A stretch of 64,000 bases of DNA. Origin: an uncultured Chloroflexia bacterium (GTDB lineage Bacteria > Chloroflexota > Anaerolineae > CG2-30-64-16). The stretch is from the NCBI GenBank assembly GCA_963774265.1, contig CAVZDU010000002.1:736001-800000 (forward strand). Reading direction: 5' to 3'. This document shows, piece after piece, positions 9,190 through 21,114 of this stretch. Both the position numbers and the translations under genes were made by a program. Position 1 is the first letter of the stretch. Each line of letters starts with the position of its first letter. Under the pieces are notes generated by a model, which was given only the letters and a program-made list of their open reading frames with translations, did no database searches and was not told the DNA's origin.

Positions 9190-10776
9190 ATGGTCACCCG
9201 ACGCAAGATCCTCGTTTGTCTGCAGCTCGTCGTCGTCTTATTGATGGTATTGGGAGCGACTCCCGCATCCGCCGACCGCGTGATGCCGGAGAACAAAACA
9301 TCCGGAAAAGTCGACAACACCGCTCGTCACCTCAAGGCTGAGTTGAAGAAACGCGGCTTTGAGGTCGGCGAGGGCTATTTCCAGCTGTGGGGATCGAGGA
9401 CTGCCCGAAATCCTTCGCGGTGATGGGGACCTGCTACTTCAACAACCCCGACCGCGCCGTATGTGATGCCCGTCGTGCCCTACTGGCCGGATGAGTTCGT
9501 CGACCCGGCAACCCAGGGCGCATTCGGCGAGACCGACCCCGGCTACGGCACGACCTTCCGTTTTGACCCGAACGAAGCGATCGTCATCTTCGGGTTCCTG
9601 CCGCCGAAGGCCGCCTACTTCGGGCTACAGAGCTACCTGTTCACGCGCAAGGGCGAGTACCAGACGGACAACGATACGTACCGCTTCCTCGACTCAGATC
9701 GGCGCCAAGGACGTTTTCTTCCACACGGTCCCTCAAAATCCCGAGCGCATTGGGTCTTTCGACAGCCTGAGCAACAGCAACAACAACGTGGTCATCGAAC
9801 GGCAGTCAGGCGGAAGCTTGAACCAGTTCCGCTACTTCATCATCACGCCCGACCGGTACATGGATAAGCAGGTCCGCCAGGTCCTGCACAAGCTGTCGGT
9901 CGCGGATAAAGACATCTTCACCGAGGGCATCCCCTCGAACATGAGGATCGGTCTTGACGCAGACGCCGACGATTTCGCTGTCGGGCATTCGTTACTCGAT
10001 GCCGGACGACGGCGGCGAGGAAGGCACGCCCTCAGATGAGTGGAGACACAACCCGACCATGAGGCGTTCTGCGCATCCGCGACACCCGACCGCACCGGCC
10101 GCCTCAGCCTTACCCGGCTTGGGAGGACGACAGCCCCGAACCGAGGACAGCGGTACCCGAAGCGTACCTGAAGACCGATCTCACCCGTCTTGTGCAGAAA
10201 GTCAGCGAGGCATGGGGGCAACCTTGCGCCGACGCCAATTGCTCGGACAGAGGCCGTGTCCTTCATCGACACGCAGACCTACCCGTTCAACCTGGTTGGA
10301 CCGCTGTGCGACAATATCGGGATGGACTGTCTCGGCGACACGCAGGACGCAAGTTACCAGTTCCGGGGCGGCTTCGGGTTCGACAACGGCGAAGTCTATG
10401 CCGTGGTAGGAACCCTGGGCACGGCAACCGGAAATGCCACCTACGTGAGCTTGGGAGTCAACAACTTCCGCCTGAGGCTGGGCGCAGAGAACGTCGACGG
10501 CACGAAGCTCGTGGGCAGCGCGACCCGGAGTGGTACCCTGGAGTGGATAACCTGGACAAGCTCTACGTCTACTATTTCACCCGCCACTGTGAAGGCCTGG
10601 AAGAGCTGACCCACGGCTTCTGCTTGTCGGTGGAAGACACAGAGCTCGTGATCCCGCCCGGCGACAAGGCTTCGTTCGTCGAGCGTGATTACATGGGCGC
10701 GGGGACGCAGCGGGGGCCCGACTCGACGCTCACGCTGCCTTCCATGGTGCTCACACTTCAGAGGCCGGCGCAGTAA
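9190..10776 (+). CDS. Secreted hypothetical protein, several frameshifts
   Basis: Signal peptide MVTRRKILVCLQLVVVLLMVLGATPASA after an AAGGAG RBS; protein-like segments continue across frames to the stop at 10776. Confidence 0.6.
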
Positions 10777-10916
10777 GGAGCCCGGTTCCATCGCGCGGAG
10801 TGCGCTATGGCATGCGGGGGAGGGGGCGTCGCCGGATTGGACAGTGTCCCGTATTCGTGCTAGCATAGCTTATCAATTGTTCTGATATTAAAATCAATTG
10901 ATAGGCGCGGCGACGT

Positions 10917-13900
10917 ATGGCTACCGCTTCGGCAGGGACCGTCTCAGGCGTGCCTGCGGCGGGTTTCAGGCTCTCACTTCTTGGCCTGTTCAAACTGGAG
11001 CAGGACGGCAGGACAGTCCGCCTGCGGACGCGCAAAGAACAAGCCCTGCTCGCCTACCTGATCCTCCACCCCGACCGGCACACCCGTGAGGCGCTGGCAG
11101 AGATCTTCTGGGGCGACACACCCGAATTGCAGGCCAGGGCCTCGCTGCGCGCCGCGCTCGCCGACCTGCGCGGCGCCCTGGGTCCCGATATGCTGCTGAC
11201 CGACCGCGTGATCGCTCAGTTCAATCCTTCCGCTGCCATATCGGTCGACGTCCTCGAGTTCCAGAACCAGGCTGCGGCCTTTCTCAGCCAGGAGCAGCCC
11301 GATCCCTCCACCTTCAACCCCTGCGTGTACGAGGGCGAATTGCTGGTCGGCCATTATGACGACTGGGTGCTGATCGAGCGCGAGCGCCTGCACCAGCTCT
11401 ACATGGACACGCTGCTCCACCGCGTCACCTGCCTGCGCTCGTTGGCCCGCTACGACGAGGCCATTGCCGCCGCCCAGCAGGTCCTTACCCTGGACCGCGC
11501 CGAGGAGCGCGCGCACCAGCACCTGATCTTCCTTTATTCCGTCACCGGCAACCGGGCCGCCGCCCTGCGCCAGCTCGAAATCTGCCGCCGCAGCCTTAAG
11601 AAGAACTCGACGTGGAGCCGTCGCCTGAAACCCTGGCCCTCCTCGATTCCATCACCTCCGACCCTGCCAAGGAAGCGGTGCATGCCGGCTACACCAACCT
11701 GCCCAACCCGCTCACCAGCTTTGTCGGCCGCGAGTCCGAACTGGCCGCAGTCAGCCGCCTGTTCCTCGCCGGCTGCTTGCCTCAGAACGGCGCTCGGCTG
11801 GTGACCCTCACCGGAGCAGGCGGAAGCGGCAAGACGCGCCTGGCGATCCAGTTGGCTCGCTCTCTGCTCCCCAGCTACCGCCACGGCGCCTGGTGGGTCG
11901 ATCTGAGCTCGCTGGCCGACGCTTCGCTGGTGCCCGATACCGTCCTTGCCGCCCTGGGGGTCGCGCCACCGCCCGGCCTCCCGCCCACGCAGGCCCTGCT
12001 CGGCTACCTCCGCAGCCGCACGCTCCTCCTCGCGCTGGACAACTGCGAGCACCTAGCCGAGGCCTGCGCCCATCTGGTGGCGGCGATCCTGCAGGCAAGC
12101 CCCGGTGTCCAGGTGCTGGCGACCAGCCGTGAGCCGCTCGGGGTTCCCGGCGAGCAGTTGTGGCCCGTCCCCACCTTCGCGGTTCCGGCCGTTGGGGACA
12201 ACAGGCATCACACAGATGCGGAGACCCTGCTCAGCTACGACGCCGTCCGCCTTTTCGTGGAAAGGGCCAGGATGCACCGGCCCGCCTTCAGCCTCGGCGA
12301 GCAGAATGCCGACCAGGTGGCCGAGATCTGCCGCCGCCTCGACGGCATCCCCCTGGCCATCGAGCTGGCCGCCGCCCGCGTCCGCACGATGGAAGTCAGT
12401 GACGTCCTCGTCCGCCTGCAGAACCGGCTGCGCCTGCTGGCCGCCGGCAGCACCCTGGCTCCCCCACGCCAACAAACCCTGCGCGCCTCCATCGACTGGA
12501 GCTACAACCTGCTCTCGCCCGCCGAATGCCGCCTGCTCCAGCGTCTGGCCGTCTTTGTGGGCGGCTGCACGCTGGCCGCGGCCGAGGCCGTCTGCGCGGA
12601 TGACGCGCTGCCCGTGGACGAAATCGTCGACCTGCTGGGCCACCTGGTCGATCGCTCCCTGGTCATCGCGGAAGGCGGGCGCTACCGCTTCCTCGAGACG
12701 ATCCGTGAGTACGCGCTGGAGAGGCTGAACGACACGGGCGAAGCGGTTACCCTGCGCGAGCGGCATGCCGGCTATTTTGCCGGCTATCTCGAGGACCGGT
12801 ACGAGCGGATCCTGGGGGGCGAGCAATATCACGTGATCATGGATATCGAAGTCGAGATCGGCAACGTCCGAGCCGCCTGGGACTGGGCATTGACCGGCCG
12901 CCGCGGCGATCTCCTGCGCCGCTCGGCCGATAGCCTCCACTGGTATTACGAGATGCACAATCGGTTCAACGAGGGCGAAGCGCTGTTCGGCCGGACTGTG
13001 CAGACGCTGAAGGACGACCCGAGTTGCGACCGCACCCTGCTCGCCGGGCTGTGCGCCAGGCACGGCTACTACCTGGGCCGGCTGGGCAGGCTGGCGGATG
13101 CGCGCCAACAGCTCGAGTGGGCCAGCGCACACTTGCGCCAGGTAGACGAGCGCTCCGAACTGGCCCTGGCGCTGACGTTTCTGGGGACGATCGTCTGGCA
13201 AGAGGGCGATTTCCCCCAGGCTCGTGCGCTTCTGGAGGAGAGCCTGGGACTCAACCGGATAATAGGCGACCGGCATTGGATGTCGCTCAGCCTCTTCTTC
13301 CTCGCTCTGGTCGAGCACTCCAGCGGCAATGAGGCCCAGGCCGATCAGTACTTTGACGAGACCCTGGCCCTCGGTCACGCGACCGGCCAGCCCCGCATGA
13401 TCTCCATGACGTCAGTCTTCTCCGCGCCCACTCTCCTTGCGCTCGGCAGGTATGCAGAAGCCAGGGAGCGTCTGCAGGCAGGCCTGGAGCTGGCGCGCAC
13501 GAGCCACGATTGGTGGCTGGTGAGCACCACGTTGGCGAACCTCGGCATCCTCCTGCATACCCAGGGTGACCACGCCGGCGCCAAGACGGCTCTGCTCGAA
13601 GCCGTGTCGCTTACGCAAGAGAGCGGCAACCGCTGGGATCAGGCGTGGGTCGAGGTCAGTCTGGGCGATGTCTACCTGGCCCTGCATGACGCGGCGCAGG
13701 CTGAGAACCATTACCGCTCTGCCCTGCAGCTCGCGTTCGAGGGCGCTGCCATCCCCATCGCTCTGGATGCGCTGGCCGGTTTCGCCACCCTGCACGCGCA
13801 GGCCGGAGATCGCGAGTGGGCGCTGGAGATCGCCGGGCAGGTGGCGGCCCACCCGGCCAGCACCGGCAACGCCCGCGCCCGGGTAACCGAGGTGGTCCGC

Positions 13901-13996
13901 CTGCTGGATCCGGACTCCGCGACCCCGCTGCCCGCGGCCGCCACTGGAACTTTTGAGGATATGGTCCACCGCATTCTTGCCGCCACCACCTCGTGA
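10917..13996 (+). CDS. SARP/BTAD activator fused to a STAND ATPase and TPR repeats (AfsR-like), frameshift near 11600
   Basis: KEQALLAYLIL...EERAHQHLI (BTAD); NLPNPLTSFVGRE; GAGGSGKT; LDNCEH; LDGIPLAIELAAAR. Confidence 0.9.
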
Positions 13997-14161
13997 CGCG
14001 GCCCGCCCGGCCCCGACCCGAGCCCCCTTGCCTGCCCATTCCTGTGCATGACGGCGGGATGCTAACGAAGGATACGTGTCATTCGCTTTTTTTGTGGGGC
14101 GCACCAGGATCAGCGGAATTTCCCGTGTAGCCCGTTTCTATCTTGCGGCGCCCTATTTCGG

Positions 14162-14980
14162 TTAGCCGCCGGCTTTACGGCCCCATACCTGCGTGACGAT
14201 AAAACTCATAACGGTTGTGTCTGGATCCCCCGCAATTTGCTCGCACTCCGCCAGGGCTTCGTCCAGCGCCCGCTCGCTGAGGATCCCTGCGTCCAGGATC
14301 CGTCTGCGCAGCGACGTGGCCAACTGAATGGGCATGCGCCGGTAGGGGTGAGGCGCTGGCAGGGCCAACACCGCGGCGCGGATCTGGACGTCTTCCAGTC
14401 CGGCGCGACGCAGCATCGCAAACGTCCGGGTTCCTACGGAGAAGTCGCCTCCCGCTGCTGCAAACGCAGCCAAGATTGCGTCTCTTACCTGCGCCCATCC
14501 CGACCGGGCCGGATAGCAGTTCCACGAGCTGGCATCAGGCTCTTCAATGGCCACCACGCCGCCGGGACAGGTCAGGTCCAACATCTCATGTAGCAAACCC
14601 TCGTCTTGGCCTACCGGCGCGAAGACGAAGCGAACATGTGTCAGGTCAAAAGACCCGCAGGGCAGGCTGGTCCGATAGGCGTCCTGCTCAACGATTTCGA
14701 CATTGTGCAACTGCTTCTCACGAATGTAGTCCCGAGCGGCTACCAGTTGTTCGGCGTTGTTCTCCACTCCGATAACGCGACCGTGAATGCCCACGCGCCG
14801 GCTGAGGGCGCCCAGGACGCCCATGCCTCCGCACCCCAGGTCAGCACAGATCCATCCGGGCTGAATGCCGACCTGGTCGAACATGGCCTCTGCCGCCGGC
14901 TCCCACACGCGTGCTTGAAGACCGAGCCGCTCCAGTTCGGCTGTCCCTTCAGCCAAGAGGTAACTGCTTGCGTCGGACAT
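14162..14980 (-). CDS. Class I SAM-dependent methyltransferase
   Basis: ADLGCGGMG motif I; FDLTH; PGGVVAIEE. Confidence 0.9.
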   Translation of the reverse strand: MSDASSYLLAEGTAELERLGLQARVWEPAAEAMFDQVGIQPGWICADLGCGGMGVLGALSRRVGIHGRVIGVENNAEQLVAARDYIREKQLHNVEIVEQDAYRTSLPCGSFDLTHVRFVFAPVGQDEGLLHEMLDLTCPGGVVAIEEPDASSWNCYPARSGWAQVRDAILAAFAAAGGDFSVGTRTFAMLRRAGLEDVQIRAAVLALPAPHPYRRMPIQLATSLRRRILDAGILSERALDEALAECEQIAGDPDTTVMSFIVTQVWGRKAGG

Positions 14981-15016
14981 CGCGTTTTCTCCTTTGCTGG
15001 CCGTCCGTGTTACTCG

Positions 15017-16207
15017 TCAGTGCGGCCCGGCGAGCGCCTGCTTGATGCGCTGCAGCGCCTCCTCCAAGACAGCGCGCGGGCAGGCGAAATTCAGACGCAC
15101 ACAAGAAACTCCGCCTGGTCCATACGGAGCGCCGTCCGACAACGCCACTTTGGCTTTCTGGAGGAAGAACTCGGAGGGCGAACCTGAAATGATACCTGCG
15201 CGGATGTACTCTGCGCAGTCAAGCCACGCCAGGGTGGTGGCATCGGGGATCGTCGTGGCCAGGCCCGGAAGTTCTTGCTTGACGAAGGCGACCAACGCGT
15301 CGCGGTTTGCGGTCAGGTAGGCCCGCACCGCGGCCAGCCACTCGTCGCAAGCCCCGCTGTAGGCCACGCGTGCCGCGATCAGCCCTGCGGAGCTCGGAAA
15401 CAGCGAAAAGCGCCCAAGCTCTTGAGTGAAGCGTTCCCGGCGGACGGCATCGGGGATGACTGCGAAGGCACAGACCAAACCTGACATATTGTAGGCCTTG
15501 CCGGGACCGAACAGCGTGATCGTCCGCTCCCCAATCTGCGGCGCCAGGGCAGCGACGGGGGTGTAAGCTGCTCCCCCTAAGAGCAGTTCGTGGTGGATGT
15601 CGTCTGAGCAGAGCAAGATGTCTTTTTCCTCACAAAGGCTCGCCAGGCGCGTCAATTCATCCACCGACCAGAGCCGCCCGATGGGGTTGTGCGGGTTGCA
15701 GAGCAGGAACATGCCTGTTCTTGCGCCGTCATGGATCGCCCGCCTGACCAGATCGAGGTCAAGTTCGTAGTGGATGATTTGACCCTGATCGACGCGGCGC
15801 AGGGGAGCCATCTGCCGGACCAGGCCAAAGGCGGCGGGAAAGTCGACAAAATCGTAGAATACCGGCGGCTGCATCAGTACGCCTTCGCCCGCTCGGCAAG
15901 CGGTGGCCGCGGCCACCCGATAGCCGATATTGACATTGGGTAGCGCGACAATCGACTCCGGCGTTACCGTCCAGCCCCACATCAGCTGGAGTCGCCCTGC
16001 GATGAGCTCGAGCAAGGACGAGGAAGCGAACTCATAGCCCAGGATGCCGTGATCGAGGGCGGCGCGCAGCGCGCGAAGAATAGGCTCTGGTGTGCGAAAG
16101 TCCATGTCTGCGATCCACAGCGGAAGCACATCCTCAGGGTACCAGTTCCATTTGTTCAGGTTCGCGATCGAGCGACGGTCGATGCGAGAGTCAAAATCGT
16201 AGGACAT
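15017..16207 (-). CDS. patB: MalY/PatB-family PLP C-S lyase
   Basis: LPLWIADMDF; LCNPHNPIGR; SDDIH; KAYNMSGL; VRLNFACP. Confidence 0.9.
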   Translation of the reverse strand: MSYDFDSRIDRRSIANLNKWNWYPEDVLPLWIADMDFRTPEPILRALRAALDHGILGYEFASSSLLELIAGRLQLMWGWTVTPESIVALPNVNIGYRVAAATACRAGEGVLMQPPVFYDFVDFPAAFGLVRQMAPLRRVDQGQIIHYELDLDLVRRAIHDGARTGMFLLCNPHNPIGRLWSVDELTRLASLCEEKDILLCSDDIHHELLLGGAAYTPVAALAPQIGERTITLFGPGKAYNMSGLVCAFAVIPDAVRRERFTQELGRFSLFPSSAGLIAARVAYSGACDEWLAAVRAYLTANRDALVAFVKQELPGLATTIPDATTLAWLDCAEYIRAGIISGSPSEFFLQKAKVALSDGAPYGPGGVSCVRLNFACPRAVLEEALQRIKQALAGPH

Positions 16208-16599
16208 TAGGCTTGCCTCCTGTATAGTTGGCCCCATTGTAAAGACCACGGATGAGCCGAAATAAGGAGAGAGACAACAGCCATCATGCGAAATGCACCT
16301 CGACGGGGGTGCGGTAGTCCAAACCACGCTGCAATTACGGGCGAATCTTGGCCTGCGCGGCACCTTGGCTCGTGTAGGTGGTCCAGTTGTCAGAGCTAAC
16401 TATAGGTAGCATTTACGCAAGCCATGGATACAGAAAGCTGGTATTCCTGGCCAATCAGCTTTGAAAACAGACTTCTCTTTTATTATACACGACTGTTACC
16501 GGCTTTCAATTCAAAGATCCATCAGCCATAGTTGTGGAATTCGGCTCGATTTGGCTCTCTGTCTCGTCAGCGTTGTGTCGCTGCCGTGCAGGAAGGAGG

Positions 16600-16970
16600 G
16601 TGATCCCATTTCCGGCACGTATTCCAGGAGGCTTTCTCGTAAGGAGTTGTTCGCCCTTCAGCATCCCGAGGGTTATTGGGGCGACGATGAAACGAAACCA
16701 TACACTGCGCAGGGGGCTGTGGCCGCACTCAGCTTGCTGTACATGCTGGGCGTGACTCCCGACACGCGTACCGCGGCCGGCTGTGATTCCTTCCTGAAAT
16801 TCTGCCAGCATGAGAGCGGCGGCTTCTCATTGAAGACATGTCAACTGACGATGCACTGGATTGCGGACGCTACCAGCATCGCGATTGCTTATGGGGCTCA
16901 ATCGCGGCGCTCAATGGCTTGGCTGCGCTCCCCACCGGCATGCGATCGGCGCAGTCCAAACGAGTGGTGA
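16600..16970 (+). pseudogene. Fragment of an alpha/alpha-barrel (prenyltransferase-like) protein
   Basis: QW-like repeats LFALQHPEGYWG and CQHESGGFS; no clear start. Confidence 0.4.
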
Positions 16971-17081
16971 AGCACTTGGCGAGTGCCTTGCTCGATGCCA
17001 GGTAAGATTTTGAAGGTGAGCACAAACGCTGGCTGACGTTCGGTGTGCCTCACGTGTGGGACTTGCTGAGTGCGCTCAAGG

Positions 17082-17120
17082 CGCGGGCCGGCTGATGTTC
17101 GACACAAGAGCCGGCCCGCG
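17082..17120. terminator. GC-rich hairpin downstream of the cupin gene
   Basis: CGCGGGCCGGCT, 15-nt loop, AGCCGGCCCGCG (perfect 12-bp stem); no U-tract. Confidence 0.45.
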
Positions 17121-17133
17121 TACGGTCGCCGCC

Positions 17134-17610
17134 TCAGTCCGGACTCAACGGAGGTCCCAGCAACGACATATTGTATTTCTCGAACAGCGGCCCGAGCACC
17201 TTGGGATCGGGCGGGCCGTTGCGCGCAGCCGGGCCAAACTCCTCATAAAACTTGTGCCCGCCGCCCGGCGTATAGACCACGATGATCTCGCCCTGCTCAT
17301 CGGTCAGATTCAAGAAGGCGTGTGGGACTTTCGAGGGCAGATAGGCGAACCCTCCCTCGTCGCAGTAGTAAATCCCATCGCCGATCCGGACCTTGAACCG
17401 GCCCTTCAGCACGTGGATGGTTTCCTCTTGCCCGTGATGAACGTGCAGCGGAGGGCCGCCTTTCGGCGCGACCTGGACGATGAAGTAGTCGAACTGCCCG
17501 CCCGTATCATCGCCGGTGACCTTAAAGATCAGGTCTCTGCCCGGCCCTGAGTGCAAGATCAGACCCTCACCCGCGGCCAGGACCTTGTCTTGTCTGAGTG
17601 CGACTGCCAT
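17134..17610 (-). CDS. Cupin domain protein (quercetin-dioxygenase-like)
   Basis: GPPLHVHHGQEETIHVLKG...PSKVPHAF. Confidence 0.9.
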   Translation of the reverse strand: MAVALRQDKVLAAGEGLILHSGPGRDLIFKVTGDDTGGQFDYFIVQVAPKGGPPLHVHHGQEETIHVLKGRFKVRIGDGIYYCDEGGFAYLPSKVPHAFLNLTDEQGEIIVVYTPGGGHKFYEEFGPAARNGPPDPKVLGPLFEKYNMSLLGPPLSPD

Positions 17611-17657
17611 GACTGTGCCTCCCTTTCAAACACTGATCAATTCATACTGATGATTTG

Positions 17658-17712
17658 AGTATAGGACGGGGGGGTCAAAGGAACGTCAACGGTGGCGTCA
17701 AGGCTGCGTCAA
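17658..17712 (-). promoter_or_regulatory. Phased TTGAC direct repeats upstream of a -10 box (candidate SARP/BTAD binding site)
   Basis: Plus-strand GTCAA at 17674, 17685, 17697 and 17708 (11/12/11 spacing); minus-strand TATACT at 17663-17658. Confidence 0.55.
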
Positions 17713-20700
17713 GCATTCAGGCGTGTGAGAGCGACAGTTCCAGGTGGTCGATTTCCTCGAGCAGGCGCCCATAGCTGCCCTGCTCGGCTGCCCGGCGGGC
17801 TTCCTGCAGGCGGCGGCGCCCTTCGTCCGGCGGCAGTAGGGGGACAAGCCAGATGCGGATCCGTACGCCCAGATGCGAGGCGCCAATGCTGTCCGCGGCT
17901 GCGAGCCGCGTCGCGAAATCGCTGCCCGGCCAGCTCGTCCTGGCCGCGGCGTTTGGCCACGAGGCCCAGGTTGGCCGTCAAGCCCGCGATCCGCTCGGGG
18001 ACCGGCACCTGGCGGGCTAGATCGAGCCCCTGGATGAAGTAGTCGTCGGCAGCGTCTACATCGCCGCCGGCCAGCGCGATCTCGCCGGCGGTCGAGTACA
18101 GGTAGGCGAGATGCGACAACGAGCCCCGCTCCCGCGCCAGGCGAATGCCGGCCTGGATCTGCTCGCTGGCCTCGGGGTCACCGACCAGATGCAGGTAGTA
18201 GGCCAGATTGTTGTGCAGCAGGATCCGGCGCAAAAGATCCAGTTGGCGTTCATCGCTGCGCGCCAGGTCGAAAGCCGAGCGGTAGAGGGCTATCGCCTCG
18301 GCAAAACGACCCTGCTGGCCCAGGGCGCCCGCCAACGCGTATTTGACCTGCGGCCGGGTGATTGCGCTGGCAAACGCCGAAGGCCCATCGAGCAGCTTCT
18401 CGGCCTCACGCAGGTGGTATTCGGCCTCAACGGGATGGGCGCTGTCCAGCACCAGGCTGCTGCCCCAGATGAATTCCGCGCAGGCCGCAAGCTCGGGCGG
18501 GCCTGCAGCGCGCAGCTGACGGCCCAGGGCGATTGAATCGGCATAGCGGGTCTGCGGAAAAAGCGACATGCTCAGCGCAAGATAGGCGGCCTCCTCAACG
18601 GAAAGCGAGCCAATCGCGCCGGCCAGGCGTACGGCGGTTTGGAAGTCCGCTGTCGCCGAAGCAAAGTCGCCCTTATGAAAGCGGGCAAAGCCCAGGTCAA
18701 GGTAGATCAAGGCCTGCTGCGACGGGCTGGGAGCGGCCGCAAGCGCGCTTTCGTAGTGGGCCATGGCTTCTACCCATGCTGCTAGGCTGGCAGCGTACTG
18801 TCCGGCCCGATAAGCGTGAGGCGCGGCACGTTCCGGTGCATGACCGTCCAGGAAGTGCCGTGCGATCAACCCCGCCGCATCAGGCCGGTCGCGATGGGTC
18901 CGTTCCAGCACCTCCGCCACCCGGCGGTGTAGGTGCCGTAGGCGCATCTCCCCCATGTCCTGGACCACGACCTGCAAGGTCAGGTTGTGGTCGAACGTGA
19001 GGACCTCGGGAGCATACGGTCGGAGCAGCCCGACGCCCTGCAACTGCTCGAGCGCCTCGAGAGCCTCGTCCTCGGACGCGAACGCTACCTGCCGTACCAG
19101 CTCGAAATCGAAATGCTGGCCCACCGCCGCCGCACTGCGCAGCAGATGGCGCGCGTTCTCCGGCAGCCGGAGCAGACGTGACTGGATCAGGCTTTGGATT
19201 GTGGGTGGCAGCACGAGTTGGGCGGCCAAGACCGCGGGGTCGATCTTGCCATCGCTGCTCAAGGAACCGTTCTGGCGCGCAAGGCGGACGAGTTCGGTCA
19301 GGAAATAGGGATTGCCTTCCGCATGCAGGTTCAGCCACTCCGCAAGCGCTTTGCTCTGCGTGGGGCTCAGATGCTCTGCTACCCGGTGCACTTCGGACGG
19401 CGGCAAGGCCTCCAGCGATAACTGCGCCAGCAGGTCATGGCGCAGGAGGTCACGGACCAGGGTCGCCAGACGCGACCTATCGTCGACCGGCCGGGTCGTG
19501 GCCAGCAAGATGGGCCCGGCCGCCGCGGCTTGTTGGCTGCGCGCTGCGTACCCCAGCCAGCCAATTGTCGCCTCGTCTGCCCAGTGAAGATCGTCGAGAA
19601 AGAGGCAAACCATACAGCGCCGGCCAAGAGCTTGCAGGAAGCGCAGGAGACTTGCCCAGACGCGTGTCTCATCGGCGGGCTGGGCCTGTGGCGGTACTGC
19701 AGGGAAACTGGTCTGCAGCTCGGGCACCAGGCGGATCACATCGGCGAGCCACAGCGGAGCGAGGTCGAGTTCGCGGCGCCAGGCCGGCCACTCGGGAAGC
19801 GCCAACAGGGTGCGCAGGGCGTCCATGATAGGGTGGTAGGGGAGACCTTGCTCCAGCTCGTGACCTATGCCGCGCAGCACTGCTACCGGAGGCGCGTCCT
19901 GCACCGATCTGCCGATGAATTCCTCGGCCAGGCGCGTCTTGCCGATGCCGGGTTCGCCCGCGATGAGAATCAGCTTGCCGCTGCCGGCGAGACCCCTCAA
20001 AGTGCTCAGCTCGGCGCTGCGGCCGACGAACGGCAGGGCGTCGGGAGTTGCGGCAGCACGGCGCCCTGTGGGAGCGCGGAGGCGTTCCGCAGCTCGTGCC
20101 GCAGGCGCTGCCTGCGGCACGGCGGGCGAGGCTGCCAGGGTATCCGTGATGATGGCGTCGTAGAGCGCCCGGGTCTCCGGCATGGGCGGTACACCCAGCT
20201 CGTCGCCCAGCACCTTGCACAGCGCTTCGAAGCGGCGGACCGCGCCCGCTCGATCGCCGTTCAGGTAATGCAGGCGCATGGCGTCCCGCTGGAGGTCCTC
20301 TTGCATCGGATCGAAGGCGAGCCCACGTTCAAGGGCCTGCAGCGAGGCGCCGTAATCGCGTAGACCTTCATGAATATGCGCGGCGCGCACGAAGCCGCGG
20401 ATGGCCATGATCCGGTAGCGATCCCGTTCCGACGCCGTCCAATCGTCGAACTCAGGCGAATCGGCCAGTGTGAAGCCTTCCAGGAAGGGGCCACGATAGA
20501 GGTCGAGGGCTGCCAGCAATGCCGGCGCATCGGCTTCTCCCAGGGCGCGGCCGTGCGGCGACTCCAGTGCTGCGGCAAAGGTTCGGGCGTCGACAAAGGT
20601 GTCGCTCGCCAGCCGCAACGTCTCGTCTTCCACATAAAGACGCTCGCCGGTCGCCTTGCGCAGATCGCTGAGCATGGTCCGCAGAATGTGCTGCGCCGCG

Positions 20701-20894
20701 GCCCGATCGTGGTCGGGCCAGAAGAGGGCCAGCAGGTGATCACGGGTCAGCGGACGGTCATGCGCGGCAAGATAGAAGACGAGCGCCCGGTTCTTGCGGC
20801 GCACTTTCGCCAGCGGTTGGCCGGCCATGCATAATTGCGGCGCGCCGAAGAGTGTAATGGAAAATAGCTGCGATTCCTGTGTCACCCTTTTCAC
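17709..20894 (-). CDS. BTAD-AAA ATPase-TPR transcriptional regulator (C-terminus probably frameshifted)
   Basis: RKNRALVFYLA; DPMQEDL; LPFVGRSAEL; GEPGIGKT; LDDLHWAD; EGNPYFL. Confidence 0.9.
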   Translation of the reverse strand: MKRVTQESQLFSITLFGAPQLCMAGQPLAKVRRKNRALVFYLAAHDRPLTRDHLLALFWPDHDRAAAQHILRTMLSDLRKATGERLYVEDETLRLASDTFVDARTFAAALESPHGRALGEADAPALLAALDLYRGPFLEGFTLADSPEFDDWTASERDRYRIMAIRGFVRAAHIHEGLRDYGASLQALERGLAFDPMQEDLQRDAMRLHYLNGDRAGAVRRFEALCKVLGDELGVPPMPETRALYDAIITDTLAASPAVPQAAPAARAAERLRAPTGRRAAATPDALPFVGRSAELSTLRGLAGSGKLILIAGEPGIGKTRLAEEFIGRSVQDAPPVAVLRGIGHELEQGLPYHPIMDALRTLLALPEWPAWRRELDLAPLWLADVIRLVPELQTSFPAVPPQAQPADETRVWASLLRFLQALGRRCMVCLFLDDLHWADEATIGWLGYAARSQQAAAAGPILLATTRPVDDRSRLATLVRDLLRHDLLAQLSLEALPPSEVHRVAEHLSPTQSKALAEWLNLHAEGNPYFLTELVRLARQNGSLSSDGKIDPAVLAAQLVLPPTIQSLIQSRLLRLPENARHLLRSAAAVGQHFDFELVRQVAFASEDEALEALEQLQGVGLLRPYAPEVLTFDHNLTLQVVVQDMGEMRLRHLHRRVAEVLERTHRDRPDAAGLIARHFLDGHAPERAAPHAYRAGQYAASLAAWVEAMAHYESALAAAPSPSQQALIYLDLGFARFHKGDFASATADFQTAVRLAGAIGSLSVEEAAYLALSMSLFPQTRYADSIALGRQLRAAGPPELAACAEFIWGSSLVLDSAHPVEAEYHLREAEKLLDGPSAFASAITRPQVKYALAGALGQQGRFAEAIALYRSAFDLARSDERQLDLLRRILLHNNLAYYLHLVGDPEASEQIQAGIRLARERGSLSHLAYLYSTAGEIALAGGDVDAADDYFIQGLDLARQVPVPERIAGLTANLGLVAKRRGQDELAGQRFRDAARSRGQHWRLASGRTDPHLACPPTAAGRRAPPPAGSPPGSRAGQLWAPARGNRPPGTVALTRLNA

Positions 20895-21031
20895 CCGGTC
20901 AAGCAGTCACGCTGGCTCGATTGTCCACCTACCGGGCGCTGGAGGCTGTGGCTGGGCATACCGTCCGCCGTATCAGACTCGAAGCAATGCGCTGGTACGA
21001 GCATTCTTGAGGAAACGCCCCACAAGCTCGC

Positions 21032-21114
21032 GTCCGCTCCTGCGCGCAGCGCTTAGTTCAAGTCCAGCTTAGGGAAAGCTGTACAGCGGCGGCGCGTTTC
21101 TTGTCCTCCAAGGG
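21032..21114 (+). repeat. ~80-bp dispersed repeat, copy 1 (copy 2 at 24142-24223, partial copy at ~27370-27403, core only at ~24446)
   Basis: gtccgct..ctgcgc...gcgcttagttcaa...cggcggcgcgtt...tgtcc...aaggg is shared between copies. Confidence 0.8.

Noticed and set aside
14060-14167. Possible minus-strand attC (GGCTAAC ... GTTAGCA) after the methyltransferase
   Set aside because: The inner arms do not pair in the attC pattern; the core matches may be chance.
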